A stretch of DNA of 63,847 nt, the filler included, from Choristocarpus tenellus KU-1152 (lineage: Eukaryota > Protista > Phaeophyceae): assembly GCA_964200185.2 (NCBI GenBank). It is 10 parts of 10 records of this genome, joined end to end, with 100 filler letters (N's around TTAATTAATTAA, not from the genome) between each part and the next. Parts side by side here need not be neighbours in the genome. Positions count along the whole stretch, not along the records: positions 48,109 to 53,570 come from CAXNAD020010710.1; positions 53,671 to 56,572 come from CAXNAD020023788.1; positions 56,673 to 59,818 come from CAXNAD020021988.1; 7 more parts are not named here. The stretch is one strand, 5' to 3'. Below the pieces are notes generated by a model. The model was not told where the DNA came from. It was given only the letters and a program-made list of their open reading frames with translations, and did not search any database. Both the position numbers and the translations under genes were made by a program. Below are positions 48,202 to 59,918 of this stretch, one piece after another (position 1 is the stretch's first letter; each line of letters starts with the position of its first letter).

Positions 48202-51200
48202 GAAAATGTGGAGCTGCATGAGCAACAGGAGGAGGCGGTCCGAAAGGCCCGTGATGAGGAGTTCCAGAAAAGGAGGCATCTTGAGGCAACGCCTGGTGAT
48301 ACCTCAGAGCTGGACCAGCAGAACCAGGATGTGAAGCAGGTTGAGAGTTTGGACCAGTCGAAACTGTCAGTTTCCATGGGATCGCCGGCCTTGCAGCAGG
48401 GTCAGGTCCAGACTCAGGCTCAGGCAGCCTCAGAGCTGGGGTCTTGGGGTTTGACTGAAGGGGGAAAGGGGACTGAGGTGGGGGGAGTGATAGGTGTTGG
48501 TGATGGTGTTATGGCGACTTTGGAGAGGGGAGAGAGTGTGGACATTATGACAACTGCTGCTGAGGTGGGGGTTGCATTGTTTGCCTGATTTTGTTTGGGA
48601 TTGCCACCATTGAGTGAAGTATTACTAGTACGAATTTCTAAATGTTGTCTTGTTTTCTAGTTTAGAGGTCAAGTTTGTTGGGGGGGGTTAGCGCTCTTTG
48701 AGTTTGAATTCGTTCTTTATCATTTGATAATTTGTTGTTACAAGTGAGTATGGTACACACTCTGCACATATGATGAGATTCATATTGCAGTGTGATCGGG
48801 CAGTTTTTGATGCTTGTATTCATATAAATGCAGATTAATCTTGATGTACCGGGTGTACCCTCTCCAGGACTCACAGTACTGCTCCCTTCACCTCTTGCCC
48901 CCATAGTATATACCGTCCAATCATATCCCCACCTTGTCAAAAGTGTATGCCCTGCTGTGCAAAGGTAGTAAACATATGATAGTCCTCCCTGATTGCCCCC
49001 ATACCATCACCACTAACACTTACGAACGCCTTCACCTCATGGAACACCTACAGGAGCCATGGGCCATTGCTCCACCCACAGGGACAGGGACCTCACCCAA
49101 ACGTCGGACAACAATCTTGGCGACCCTAGGTCTCATTCCTGAGATGGGACATGCCCCTGGTGGTCCCTTGCCAGCAGACCTTCCTCCTCCACCACCGCCT
49201 GCCAATAACTTGCCAAAGGTCTCTCCGTTACTGTCAAATCCCCACCAGCAACTTCACCAGCAGTCGCAACAGCCTTCTCAGTATGCACGGGATATGGTGA
49301 GGGTTTTGCGAGGTAGCCTTGGGGTAGATAGGTGTGATGTAAATAGAGCCAGTCTGCTGTTGCCACCAGTGCAAACTCTCCTTCCACTGTAAGCCATGTC
49401 CTGCAAGTTCAACTCCGTAGCCCTGCCCTGGTCTTGAGTTGTATTGTGTACCTGTTGATGTGTACGAGGGTGCTACAACATGTATTTATGAGGGAAGAAT
49501 GCAGCAAGTAGTGGTTGAGGGTCGTTCTGATGATACGATGGCAGGGGTAGGGGAAGGGGGAGGAGTTGTTGGTGCAGAGTCATATTCTGTCTTGTTGTGC
49601 CCTGACTATATCTACCACTATCCTCTCCGTCAATGTTAACCTGTGGTAGAATTTTCGATTTCGGAATTACTTTATACCTCTCTTCCCCTTACCCCCTTCT
49701 TGAAACCGACCTGTTTCTGATGGGCAGGGTCATGAGCATGGCCTAGATCATGTTAGAGGTGAGAGCCAGGATAGAGGGGCTGATCTACTGTCCATGCTCC
49801 ACAAGCAGTCCCAATTCACTCAAAGACAGCAGGAAGAGCAATACTTGGAGAAGCAGGTAAATCAGTGGTACGGGGTCTTCAGTCTTGTTAAGAGATATCG
49901 TTGGAGGAGGAGGAGGGCAGGCTCGACTTTGGATGAAGGAGTAAGAAATGGGGAGGCTGTTTGGAGTGGTTCTTCTATCAATTTTTGGAGGGAAAGTGAA
50001 TGAGAGTGGACTTTTTTGTTTGTATGTTTACTTTTCACTGATGTGGTTGTTATGAGTGAGAGATAATCTGGACATGTTTCAACTATTCTTGTTCGGGAAA
50101 CCACAGGGATTTTAAAGTTGAGGGTGTCATAAAGATAGGGATGCTGCACCAATTCAATTTCTACTATTTTTAGGAGCTTGTGGGGGGTGTTGATGGAATC
50201 TAGTGTGTGTGTCCACCCCTTACCCTATGTAGATATCTGCAGTCTCTCCTCCCCTCACCTGAGATCAATTTGCAAGTACATGTACTAATACTAGGTTGAC
50301 TCATGTTTACTGGATCAGGGTTTGATGTTCACTCATTCCCATTTAACTATTCTTGGTTTCCCCGTCCTTGGTCCCTGTTTTTTTGTCTGATGGAGAAGGC
50401 TCGGCATAAGCAGCAGGCTCAGCAGCAGCAGCAGCAAGCTCAACAGCAGCAGGTTTGAATGGAGATGTGTTTTATATCTACACACTTTGTGTATGTATAG
50501 GACTGCATGTAATCAGCATGTGCACCTTATGTGTCTTCTGTGTGGAATTGTTGTCGGAGAGAGAGAGAGCCAGAACAGTATGAGAATGTGGATGTCAGCT
50601 GTGTGTGTGTTCATTTGGTTTGTTACTTTATTGGTTTGCTGTGCTTTGTACTTGTATTTGATGCTTGTGGTGGTCTTGAGTAGTATTACGCTTGAAATTT
50701 GTATGCATTGCTGTTTTTTTTGCATGCCACATAACAACCGCTTGTGTGTTTGGTTCAAGTGTTACTGTCAGTTTGGAGCACGTTTGGTGTTGTAGACACA
50801 CCGGCTCTATTTCTGGTTGCCAAAGAGATGCTGCTCTATTGAGGGAGTGACTGCCCCCCAAGCAAAGAAATCGCCATCAACTCTCCTGAGAAGATCCCTT
50901 GAATGTCCGTGATTGTTTGTGTGTTTCGTATTTTTTTTGTGATTGATTTGATTGGTTGACATATTTTTTTGCAGCTAGAGGCAGAGGCGGTGCGGATGCT
51001 AAGGGCGGGTGAGAGGAATAGGCTCTTCCAGCAGCAGCAGTATTTGATGCAACAACAGCATGATCAGCAAAAACTGGCAGAGCAACAGCAGGTGGGGAGG
51101 AGTGTTGAGTGATGATTGGAATAGAACAGGAAGGGTGAACTGTTCATGTTTAGTAATACCTCCTGCGTGCACTTGGCACCCTTTCCCCCCACGGATAGAT

Positions 51201-53067
51201 AGTTTGGAGCTTTGCAAAATGTTGCTTAATGTTGCCCAAGTTTGTTTCATGGTGAGGAGTGTTTGAGAGATTCGAATTGATTTGGTAACTATTTATGATA
51301 AAAAAAAATGTGGTTTTGTAGAGCAGTTATTTTTTGTGTTGTGTTATTTCTAGTCTGATTCAATTCCTAGCAATGAGGATACTGGTTTGTTTGGTGAGGG
51401 GTCTTCTCCAAGAGTTTTGGCGTGTGTCTCTCTGCTGACGTAGATCTGATGTCCTACAGCAGGTCACAGGGGAGATGAGGCCTGTCTTACAGATTTGAGA
51501 GGGCTGTGAATATGTCCTTTATCCTTAGAGGGGGATGGTATGGATCAAGGTTGAAGGGGAGAACACTCATTATTTATCAATAGTTGAGGTTATAGAGGGT
51601 GGGTGGGAGAGCAGGGGGAGGGGGTAACTAATATTGTGAATACCGTTGGTGTGTTTGTTGGGCCATAGGTGTTTGGTGACAGGGAGGGTGGAGAAGGAGT
51701 TATTTTTTTATTTCCATATGATATATGTTGTTTTTAAAATTTATTTTGGTGAGCATTTTCTCCTCTTGAAGATGCTAATAATTACTCTCCTTGATGTTGA
51801 ACAGTTGTCCTGCTTGTGAGGGCTATGGTTGCTGTCGTGTCACCCAATGTAGAACCAATTGCACTGTACTGTTGGTGTTTTAATAAGTTATTGTGGTTGT
51901 TTCAACTCTGTTGCTGCCTTCCTGAAGAATAGGAAAACCCTTACCAGAGGTCTCATGAGCACATGCTTGATGCTGTCCTTCCTTCTCCCCCCTGCTTTTT
52001 TTCCAGGCCCAGCGAAATGCACAGGAGATTCAACAACGCCTACAAATGCAGCAGCTCAAGGAGGCAATGCAGGCAAGTTCGTCGCTGTGATATATTCAAT
52101 ACAACAGGCGTTTTTTGTTCAGTGATGTTTCTTTTTTTCACCTGGTGTGGGATGAACTGAAAAAGTACAATTATTGTGACCCCTACGAGGGGGCTTGTCA
52201 CAATTTTGTCAGCTCTTGTTGGGTTCTGTTCATGGTGTGATGTGTCTTTATGGTTGTGTGTGTTGTGTGTGTTGTGTGTGATTGTGTTTGTTACCTCGAC
52301 TTGTATCCTTAGCTTTTGTTACAGACCAAGGCGTGTTTTGAATTTTGGTTGAGTTAAGTTTTCTTTTTTTTCTGTGAGTTGGTTTGTTTGATGTCACGTT
52401 CAACTTGGGTGTATGTAATCTCATTTGTGGAGTGTGGGGCAATTAGGGGTAAGAATGAGCAGGTCAAGAACAATGTTCAACAACTATTTTTTTGTTATGG
52501 AACACTTATGGAACACTTGGAAGCTGTGTTTTTTGCTGTCGGGACGTTTTGATTTTTTTAGTGCAATTATTTTTTTCCATGGTAAGGTTACCTCTGCTGC
52601 TCTCCGAATGTTATTTGGTAATGGATGAGCATGTATTAGTGTTAATTGTGCTTGCCCTGTCCTCACCCCCCATCTACCCAACGGCCATCCCTCACCTCCA
52701 TCTTGCTGCTTCCAAATGTTGGTTCGTACAGGAGCAGCAGCAACGCCAAGAGCAGCAGCAACGGAGGCAGGAGCAGGAACAGCAGCAGCTTCACAGGAAC
52801 CAGGAACTGCAACGCCAGCAGCAACAGCAGGCTGAGCAACAGCGTCATCATCAACAGCAACAACAGTTGCAGCAACTTCAACACCAGCAGGTGCAACAGG
52901 CACAGGCACAGGCACAAGCACAGCAGCAAGCACAAGCACAGCAGCAAGCACAAGCACAGCAGCAAGCACAGCAGCAACAGTGGTTCTATCTTGACCCTAA
53001 GATGAATATTCAGGGTCCGTTCGAGGGGTCAGAGATGCGGCAGTGGTTTGAGGCAGGGTATTTCCAG
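48202..53067 (+). CDS. Glutamine-rich GYF-domain protein (GIGYF/SMY2-type); internal fragment
   Basis: Phase-0 exons 48202-48564, 49054-49296, 49728-49856, 50399-50452, 50975-51091, 52007-52072 and 52732-53067. PolyQ/QA tracts are followed by WFYLDPKMNIQGPFEGSEMRQWFEAGYF (GYF domain). Confidence 0.9.
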
Positions 53068-54028
53068 GTAGGGTTTGTGTGCGTGCTTGTTTTGTGATTG
53101 GTTAGTGGTGGGAGGGGGATTACACAGTGGGATTCTTCATAGATGTAGGTACTCTGAAGCTATGCTTACTCCGATCTGATGATGTTTGGTTTGGATGATC
53201 ATTTGGATGATGATGATGATTGCTTTTTCTCGATCACGTTGTCTTTGTTCTTGATAGCATGCATGTGTATGTTGTACCATTAATGCTATCATGAAACTCT
53301 CTAATGGCCTCTTGGAAATGTGACTGGTTTGATCAGCGGTATGATAGCAGTCATAGGAGATTGGAGGAAATTTTGCAAGATATGTTGTATGGCAATTGTA
53401 CCTTAAATGGTATAGTGTGGTGTACCTTATACCATCATTCATTAAATTGGTACTATTTTGGTATCAATCTAGTCATCATTGGTAGTAGATATAAAAAAAA
53501 TTAGTTGACTTTGCATGAGGCCAAAGTCAATTGATGGTGTGATTGGAGTGTATGGAAGGTGGACAGGGATNNNNNNNNNNNNNNNNNNNNNNNNNNNNNN
53601 NNNNNNNNNNNNNNTTAATTAATTAANNNNNNNNNNNNNNNNNNNNNNNNNNNNNNNNNNNNNNNNNNNNAAAAAAAAAAAAAAAAAAAAGGAAAAAACA
53701 AAGGAGAAAAAAAAAAACAAAAAAAGGGGGGGGGGGGGGGGGGGGGGGGGGGAGAGAGAGAGAGAGAGAGAGAGAGATACTACACTGTACAGGTAATACA
53801 CAGCTAAGTGCAACAACATATCACACAGATACTCACAGGAAAACACCATGCAAACAAAAGACCTTTTGCACACATCAAGGAGGGTGTTCCCCTATATCCT
53901 GAAACCTCCATGGGCAGGCCTTAGCTAGTACTACGTGAGTTTACACCACCTCTCCCCTTCTGTTGCTGCACTAGCCCTTGAATCAAATGCTCCACAACAT
54001 GAGGAGGCTTGGGGACTGACAAACAAGA

Positions 54029-56495
54029 CTACCTAGCTGGTGGTCCTTTATTCTCTTGCTCAGAGAGCTCACCCTCTCCAGTGAGTTCTTGCTGTCCCTC
54101 AGGAAGAGGCTGCTTGTCTTCCAGAGACTGATCAGGAATCCCCCACAGGCTCTTGATCACATCCGGCAGCTCCGAGAGTGTAAAGCAGCAAAGCACCCTT
54201 CGGGCTCTCCTCCCACCCTGTCCTGACCCCTTACCTCTATCTTGTCCAACACTGCCCCCCTTTCCACCAACACAGATGTCGCTATTGTTGCTGCCGCTGT
54301 AGTTGTTGGTGTCACTGACGGCTCCAACTAACATGGTAATGAGGACAAAGTGTCCCACTGGCCCTTCTCTCTTGAGAACAACGTATCGTTCTGGCTCGCC
54401 CCTGCACTTGGCAAGGACTCGGTATGGCCAGGCGTTCTTCTCCCTCTCCTGATGATGGCAGTGGATGTTGTCGGGGTTTGAAGGGGAGGATAGGAGGGAG
54501 TTTTATACTCGTCAATAAATAGCAGGAATTGATAACAGTTGTAACCACGGAGTATAATGTGCTGTTTGAAGTAGGCTAACAATAGCAGACGGACATTGCA
54601 GGGCTGGGGATAGGGGGGAAGGGGAGGCAAGCAAACAGTTCCATCCACAAGTGCAGATTGCTACAGGTGGTAAGTGTGTGCATCAGGCAGGGTATCCGCA
54701 CTGAGTTTCCATGACATCCATCCTTACAATGATCTGCCTCGATTAAAAACATCTCCGTAATACACACACAGGCAACAGCATAGCACACCTCTGGAGTAGA
54801 AAAAAGTGTGCAGAAAGCTGGGCGCTCGGTCATCTCCTCTCTACTCCCCCCTCTCACACCCAATCATAGATCCTCACCATGTCTACAAACAAAATAGCAA
54901 GACGGAGTCTCTCGGCCACCACAAGATGAGCAAAGTCATCTGCCCACATGCACCGATCGTGTCCAACAATTGAGCCCTCCCTCCTGAAAAACAGCCGCAT
55001 CTCTTCCACATTGGTGACCAGCGGCAAGTCAGGATCATCACCCTCTTCTCCCTTCTCTTTTCTTGACATGAGTCGTGCACTTCTCAGATCAACCCCAGCC
55101 CTAGCCCCAGCTGCATTGCCTTCCCCAGTCACAGAGCTTGCTCCACCTGTTCCAGAGCCTTGCTGATCCTGCTCCATGGCCACACCCGCTGATGCCTTTG
55201 GAACATAAGAACACCTTCTATTATTTCCTGTTCCCACAGTCACTGCATTCTTGCACCCTGCAGCAACAAAAGGTTTTTTAGTACTGCTGATGTTAACCAC
55301 GCCTTCACCAATTCTTGAAACCCCATCAAGTCTATGTGAATTATGTTGGCTGTAATTACAATTCCTGCCACTAGCACCACGCCCACCAGATCTTGGCACT
55401 CTTTCCTCTTCAGGACCAGACCCCCTCTCATCACCCCCTGCCGAGAGCCCTGAGTCATTGCACAAACCCCTCCTGCCTACAACATTTGAATCAAAGGAAG
55501 ACCTCCCCTTATCAGAGACCTCTTCTGGCAAAGGCTTCTCCTTGGACTCTGTTGTCCCTGCCTCCTGTTGTTCCTTGCTTCTTGCTCTAGTCCTCCTCTT
55601 ACTCCCTTCCCTCTTGCTCTCATTCTTATTACATTTCCCCCCCTCTTCTTGACCTAACAACAATCCTGCTTTCCCACAGCCCTTGACCAACAACTTCCTT
55701 TGCTCCGTTTCCCCGCTCAGATTCCCGTGTTTTTTCTTCTCACTTTTCGATTTCTTAACCTCAACCTTCCCGTGCACCTCCGCCAACATCTCTGCCTTCT
55801 GCTTCTTCCCCTTTCCTCCCCTCCCTGTCCCCCTCCCCGTCTCCCTCTCCCCTCCACAACTTTCTTCCTCATCCTCAGCATCACTCGTAAGGCGTTTGTC
55901 GTAAGGTCGGACAAAATCCAGCCTAAAAGCAGAGCAAAGCAGGACACAAACGAGAGGCAGGTGTGTGTGTGCGTGTGTATTGGAGGAGGGTTGCAAGTAA
56001 GAAGGAGTGTGAGTTGTCCATTCGAGTCATCCTTTGCACAAGCAGGTAGAGTGCCTCACAGCAGCCCTTTTCACAAAAGCAGGAGCTTTCCTTCCTGCAT
56101 AAACTGTGCACAGGATCAAGATTCAAAAAGGTGAGTAACACTGAAGCTATTAACAGGCTTCCACATCAAACCTCGTTTCAAATTGGAGGGGAGGAAATTG
56201 AGAGGGGGGGGGGAGTGAAAGAGACTTGCCATTTCTCAGTAGGGTTTGCTTCGGCCTGCAGACAGTAGAAGCTCAGTTGTTCCTCTCCAGCAGCGTCTGC
56301 TACCCACTCACGCATTTCCTTTACACTCTGTGTGTAAGGCACAGTTGACCCCACAACAACCTGACCATCATTGGTGGTGTTGGTGCGTGGTTCCCCTACA
56401 CCAGTGCACCACTGTTCCTCGCTATGAGAGCCTCCCTCTATGGCAACCTTGATGGAGGAGAAGAAACAATCACCATCATCCGGAACACGGTGAAC
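54029..56495 (-). CDS. OTU-family cysteine protease (deubiquitinase-like) with a large low-complexity insertion; 5' partial
   Basis: Exons 56495-56230 (VPDDGDCFFSSI, EMREWVAD; GC donor), 55922-54878 (ends CMWADDFAHLVVAERLRLAILFVDM) and 54448-54029 (YVVLKREGPVGHFVL, FTLSELPDVIKSLW, stop). Confidence 0.85.
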
Positions 56496-58185
56496 CTGGG
56501 GTGCAGCACAGCAAGAGGAGGGGTAGGAGGGGGGGGGGAGGGGGGAATGAAGAGGAATTTAGAATACGACAANNNNNNNNNNNNNNNNNNNNNNNNNNNN
56601 NNNNNNNNNNNNNNNNTTAATTAATTAANNNNNNNNNNNNNNNNNNNNNNNNNNNNNNNNNNNNNNNNNNNNGGGGGTAACAGATCGGAGTTTCAACAAC
56701 TGATAGTTTCAGCCAAGTTTCTAAAAGTGGAAGCACATACATGACTCAGCAGGCCGTCGACAAATGCGGAAAATTTTAGATTCCGTCGAAAAAAAATACA
56801 TCGGGGAGGTCAGGAGGGCGGTATGGCGTTACACATTTACCTCAAAATGGAGCAATTAATTCAAACATGTATGTACATACAGTGCCCAACAGGGTATTTC
56901 TTAAGACATGCTGTATCATTTGACTACGCTGAAAAGTTTAAAAACATCAGGTTGAGAGGCCAATAACCCTCCTCCACGTCGATAGGAAGTTTGCGTCCTG
57001 GTGCCAACGCCTCCTCTCAACAAGCACCGACCACATCACGCCTGAGAAAAAAATGAAACGATAAGACCTCCAACCTATTATAGGTTGTAACAGAAAAACA
57101 TGAGCCCTTGTGGAAGAGTAGGTCAAGGGTAAGTCAAGGGTTGTTTGACTATAGAGCAGTGCTTAGAATAGTTTTGCTAGAGCGTACCAATTGTGCACCA
57201 GGGGGGCTTCTAAAACATCTACATCTGGCTCCAGGAGCGCTGCCCTATTAAAATCCCTACTGAATGACAGATTCAGAGTTGGGTTAACCAACTCCATACA
57301 ACCGTGATGCGCAACTGGATCTATATTAAGGGTTAGGGATATTGGTGGGGGGGGGGTAGGTGGCATAGGCAGCAGCCCACGAGATATTCCACCTTCGTGA
57401 TCAGTTTTTCTTACTCTGGCAATCCTTCTGTGCATCCTTTACTAAAAAAGTGAGGGACAACTTAAAAAGCTAGAATTTGCTGGTGACTTGATGATTTACT
57501 GAGTGAGAGGGATGTTGCCCATTGCTCAGTTACCTCTCATGTAGGGACGGTCCGAACAGTGCAAATCCATCACAAAGTTGATTTCTTTCTCCCCTCTAAA
57601 TGATCAAACCAGAACACAGAACACTGTGGGCTGCTTTGAAAGCAAGGTTACATATACGCATCACTGCAAATAAGAAGCCTCACACCATTGCTGTGGCCCA
57701 AGGTTGAGGCTACATATACATACTGCGTGCTAAAGTGGCTCTTCATCAATACACAATCTATCTATTGACTATGTTGTATGCATGTGTGTTGATGAGCTGT
57801 ATTTCGAAGAGGCGTCTTCGTATTGAGGGAGTTGCGATTGTTTAAGGCAAGCATGGTGCTTCCAAATTGTGTAATGTCCTTATCTTCCTGGGTGCACCTT
57901 CAATTCCTTTAACTTTTCCTCGGATATTAAAAGGTAGCCCTTGCAAACTTCTAAAAAATTCGTGCTAATGATGCGCATGGGTGCAAGACTGTAGCAGATG
58001 CCCTTAGCTTGTGGTCAAACTTTCAGGACAGCTTCGACCAAGAAAATCCCTGTTGACACTCGAACACATTTGAGGAACAAGAGACATCAAATGCAATAAG
58101 AATATAAAAAATGCACTTAATCCTCTCTCCCACACAGAGGTTTTTTCTCGATTGCTTTGCCATGGTTTGGTTCTGCAACTCTCAC

Positions 58186-58864
58186 CTTCTTTTTTAGGGC
58201 TGCCTGTGCCAGGGCACTCGGTCCGCTAGCATCATTGTCCTATTGGGGGAGCACGTCGGGTTAGAGGGAAATGTGAGATTCACTAGAGCATGAATATGCA
58301 TAGTAAATAGTGTGGACTTTGCTCGTGGTTCAAAGGAAGGTAACCAGTACAGATTCTTCTGCGGGAGGGAGGGCAGTCCACCGCATTGCCATCAACAGTA
58401 AACTCCAAAAACGGGTGATTCCCGATTGAAGTCGACTAACCCCACTAGTAAAGGTAAGGCTTCAGGTTAAAACGGCTAGTTCCAGCTGGAAGACCACCCC
58501 GAACGTATCTCTAGATAGGTGACTATCAATATCGATGTGGCAAGGCAACTTCTGACTTGAGGCACTATTCACATTTGATTATCGAGGCCAGCCTGACCGA
58601 AGGCTGAAGGTGGAAACAAAACTTCCCAACCGAATACTGATGCGCGATCCACACCATCACAACCCGGAATCATCGCAAATATCGAGTGGGAATTTGAAAC
58701 GAAGAATCGGTGAAGTAGGTAGGTATCAGTGGAGGTTCTGTCATGCTCACCCCCGCAACAAGCATCCCTGTGTGAAACCATCCGGGAGGGCGAGGAAGAG
58801 TCGGTGGACGCTCCCCTACTGTGGAGCTGAGGTCGAAGCGCCACTGTCGTACTGGTGCCGCCAT
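58186..58864 (-). CDS. EMC4: Probable ER membrane protein complex subunit 4 (TMEM85) N-terminus; 3' exons not found
   Basis: Exons 58864-58751 (MAAPVRQWRFDLSST..LPRPPGW) and 58239-58186 (DNDASGPSALAQAALKKK) resemble the WxxD..PPG..LKxKKA start of EMC4. The diagnostic downstream FMMxMSG exon was not found. Confidence 0.5.
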
Positions 58865-59198
58865 GGTGTTATTTGATGGGCTGTGGTTTGGGTTGTGATT
58901 GAGGAACTTGAGTGTGATCAAGATACGGCATCGTATCTAGTCACATCCCAATCCCCCAGCTAAAACATCCACAATTTTTTCATTGTTACATTATGTTATC
59001 AGTACAACTTTTGTGATCAAAGACTCGAGGACACGGTCAATACCTGTCACTCCAGTCCTTGGATTCACTTTCGAGGGTAGGCGATTGAGGAATACGGGAC
59101 GAACTGATCTCTGATTTCCTCGAAGGGTCAACGGTCAGCGGTCAGTTGTGTTTGGAGAGGAACTGAAACACAGGTGTCGTTTTTAAGGCACAGGCAGC
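58865..59198. promoter_or_regulatory. Putative bidirectional promoter / 5' UTR region (334 bp)
   Basis: Lies between the divergent ATGs at 58864 (-) and 59199 (+). Confidence 0.45.
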
Positions 59199-59818
59199 AT
59201 GTCGGCCATGGCAGATATGTTCGGAGAGGACTCATCTGATGAGGAATTTCCCACTCCTCAGTCTGGGGATAAGGATGGTAGTGGGATAACGAATGGGTCA
59301 GGGGCCGATCTTGATGACATCCTTGGCGACTCCGACTCGGATAGTCCCCATGTGGAAAACAGTCGTGGTGGAGATGGAGGAAAGGACCCAGATGACCCCC
59401 TTGCCGACTCAGATTCAGACAAGGAGACTAAATCCCAGGGAACGGATATGAAAGGTGTGGGAGGTACCGGAGGTGACGTAGCTGCTGCGAGCGATGGTGA
59501 CGACAGCTATGAGGATGTTGGAAAGAAAGCAACCCTTGAGCGACAGCGTTCACTGCAGGAGGATATGTTTGGTAGCGACTCAGACTCTGACGATAACTTG
59601 CATACTGTTGGTGGTGGGAAGAGCGAAATAAAGCAGAGCGATGACCCCTTCGATGAGGAGGAGGAAGACAATTCCCCTCCTGCGTCAAAGAAGTCAAAGA
59701 CGCTGAGGCGACTGAAGAAGTCATCCTCCAAGACCACCAAAGGTAAAGGGAAGGGCAAGCGGAAGGCCGAGGTGGGCGGGGGGAGAGAGGGGAAAAAGTT
59801 GAAAAAGGGGAAGGGAGG
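59199..59818 (+). CDS. Acidic (DSDSD) then Lys-rich N-terminus of a probable nuclear protein (IWS1/LEO1-like composition); 3' partial
   Basis: Open frame MSAMADMFGEDSSDEEF..DMFGSDSDSDD..KKSKTLRRLKK runs to the contig end. No folded domain is visible, so identity is not established. Confidence 0.65.
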
Positions 59819-59918
59819 NNNNNNNNNNNNNNNNNNNNNNNNNNNNNNNNNNNNNNNNNNNNTTAATTAATTAANNNNNNNNNNNNNNNNNNNNNNNNNN
59901 NNNNNNNNNNNNNNNNNN

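Noticed and set aside
52484-52977. Long hydrophobic minus-strand ORFs (poly-Leu, Ala/Val) that look like membrane proteins
   Set aside because: These are antisense shadows of the CAG/CAA-rich polyQ exon.
53671-53776. Poly-A / poly-G / (GA)n block as a retro tail or G-quadruplex element
   Set aside because: Low-complexity contig end with unreliable homopolymer lengths.
3569-59918. Regularly recurring TTAATTAATTAA palindrome flanked by Ns, as a biological repeat; also any operon-like linkage of genes across these points
   Set aside because: These are identical 100-bp synthetic spacers with six-frame stops used to concatenate contigs. Neighbours across them are not physically linked.
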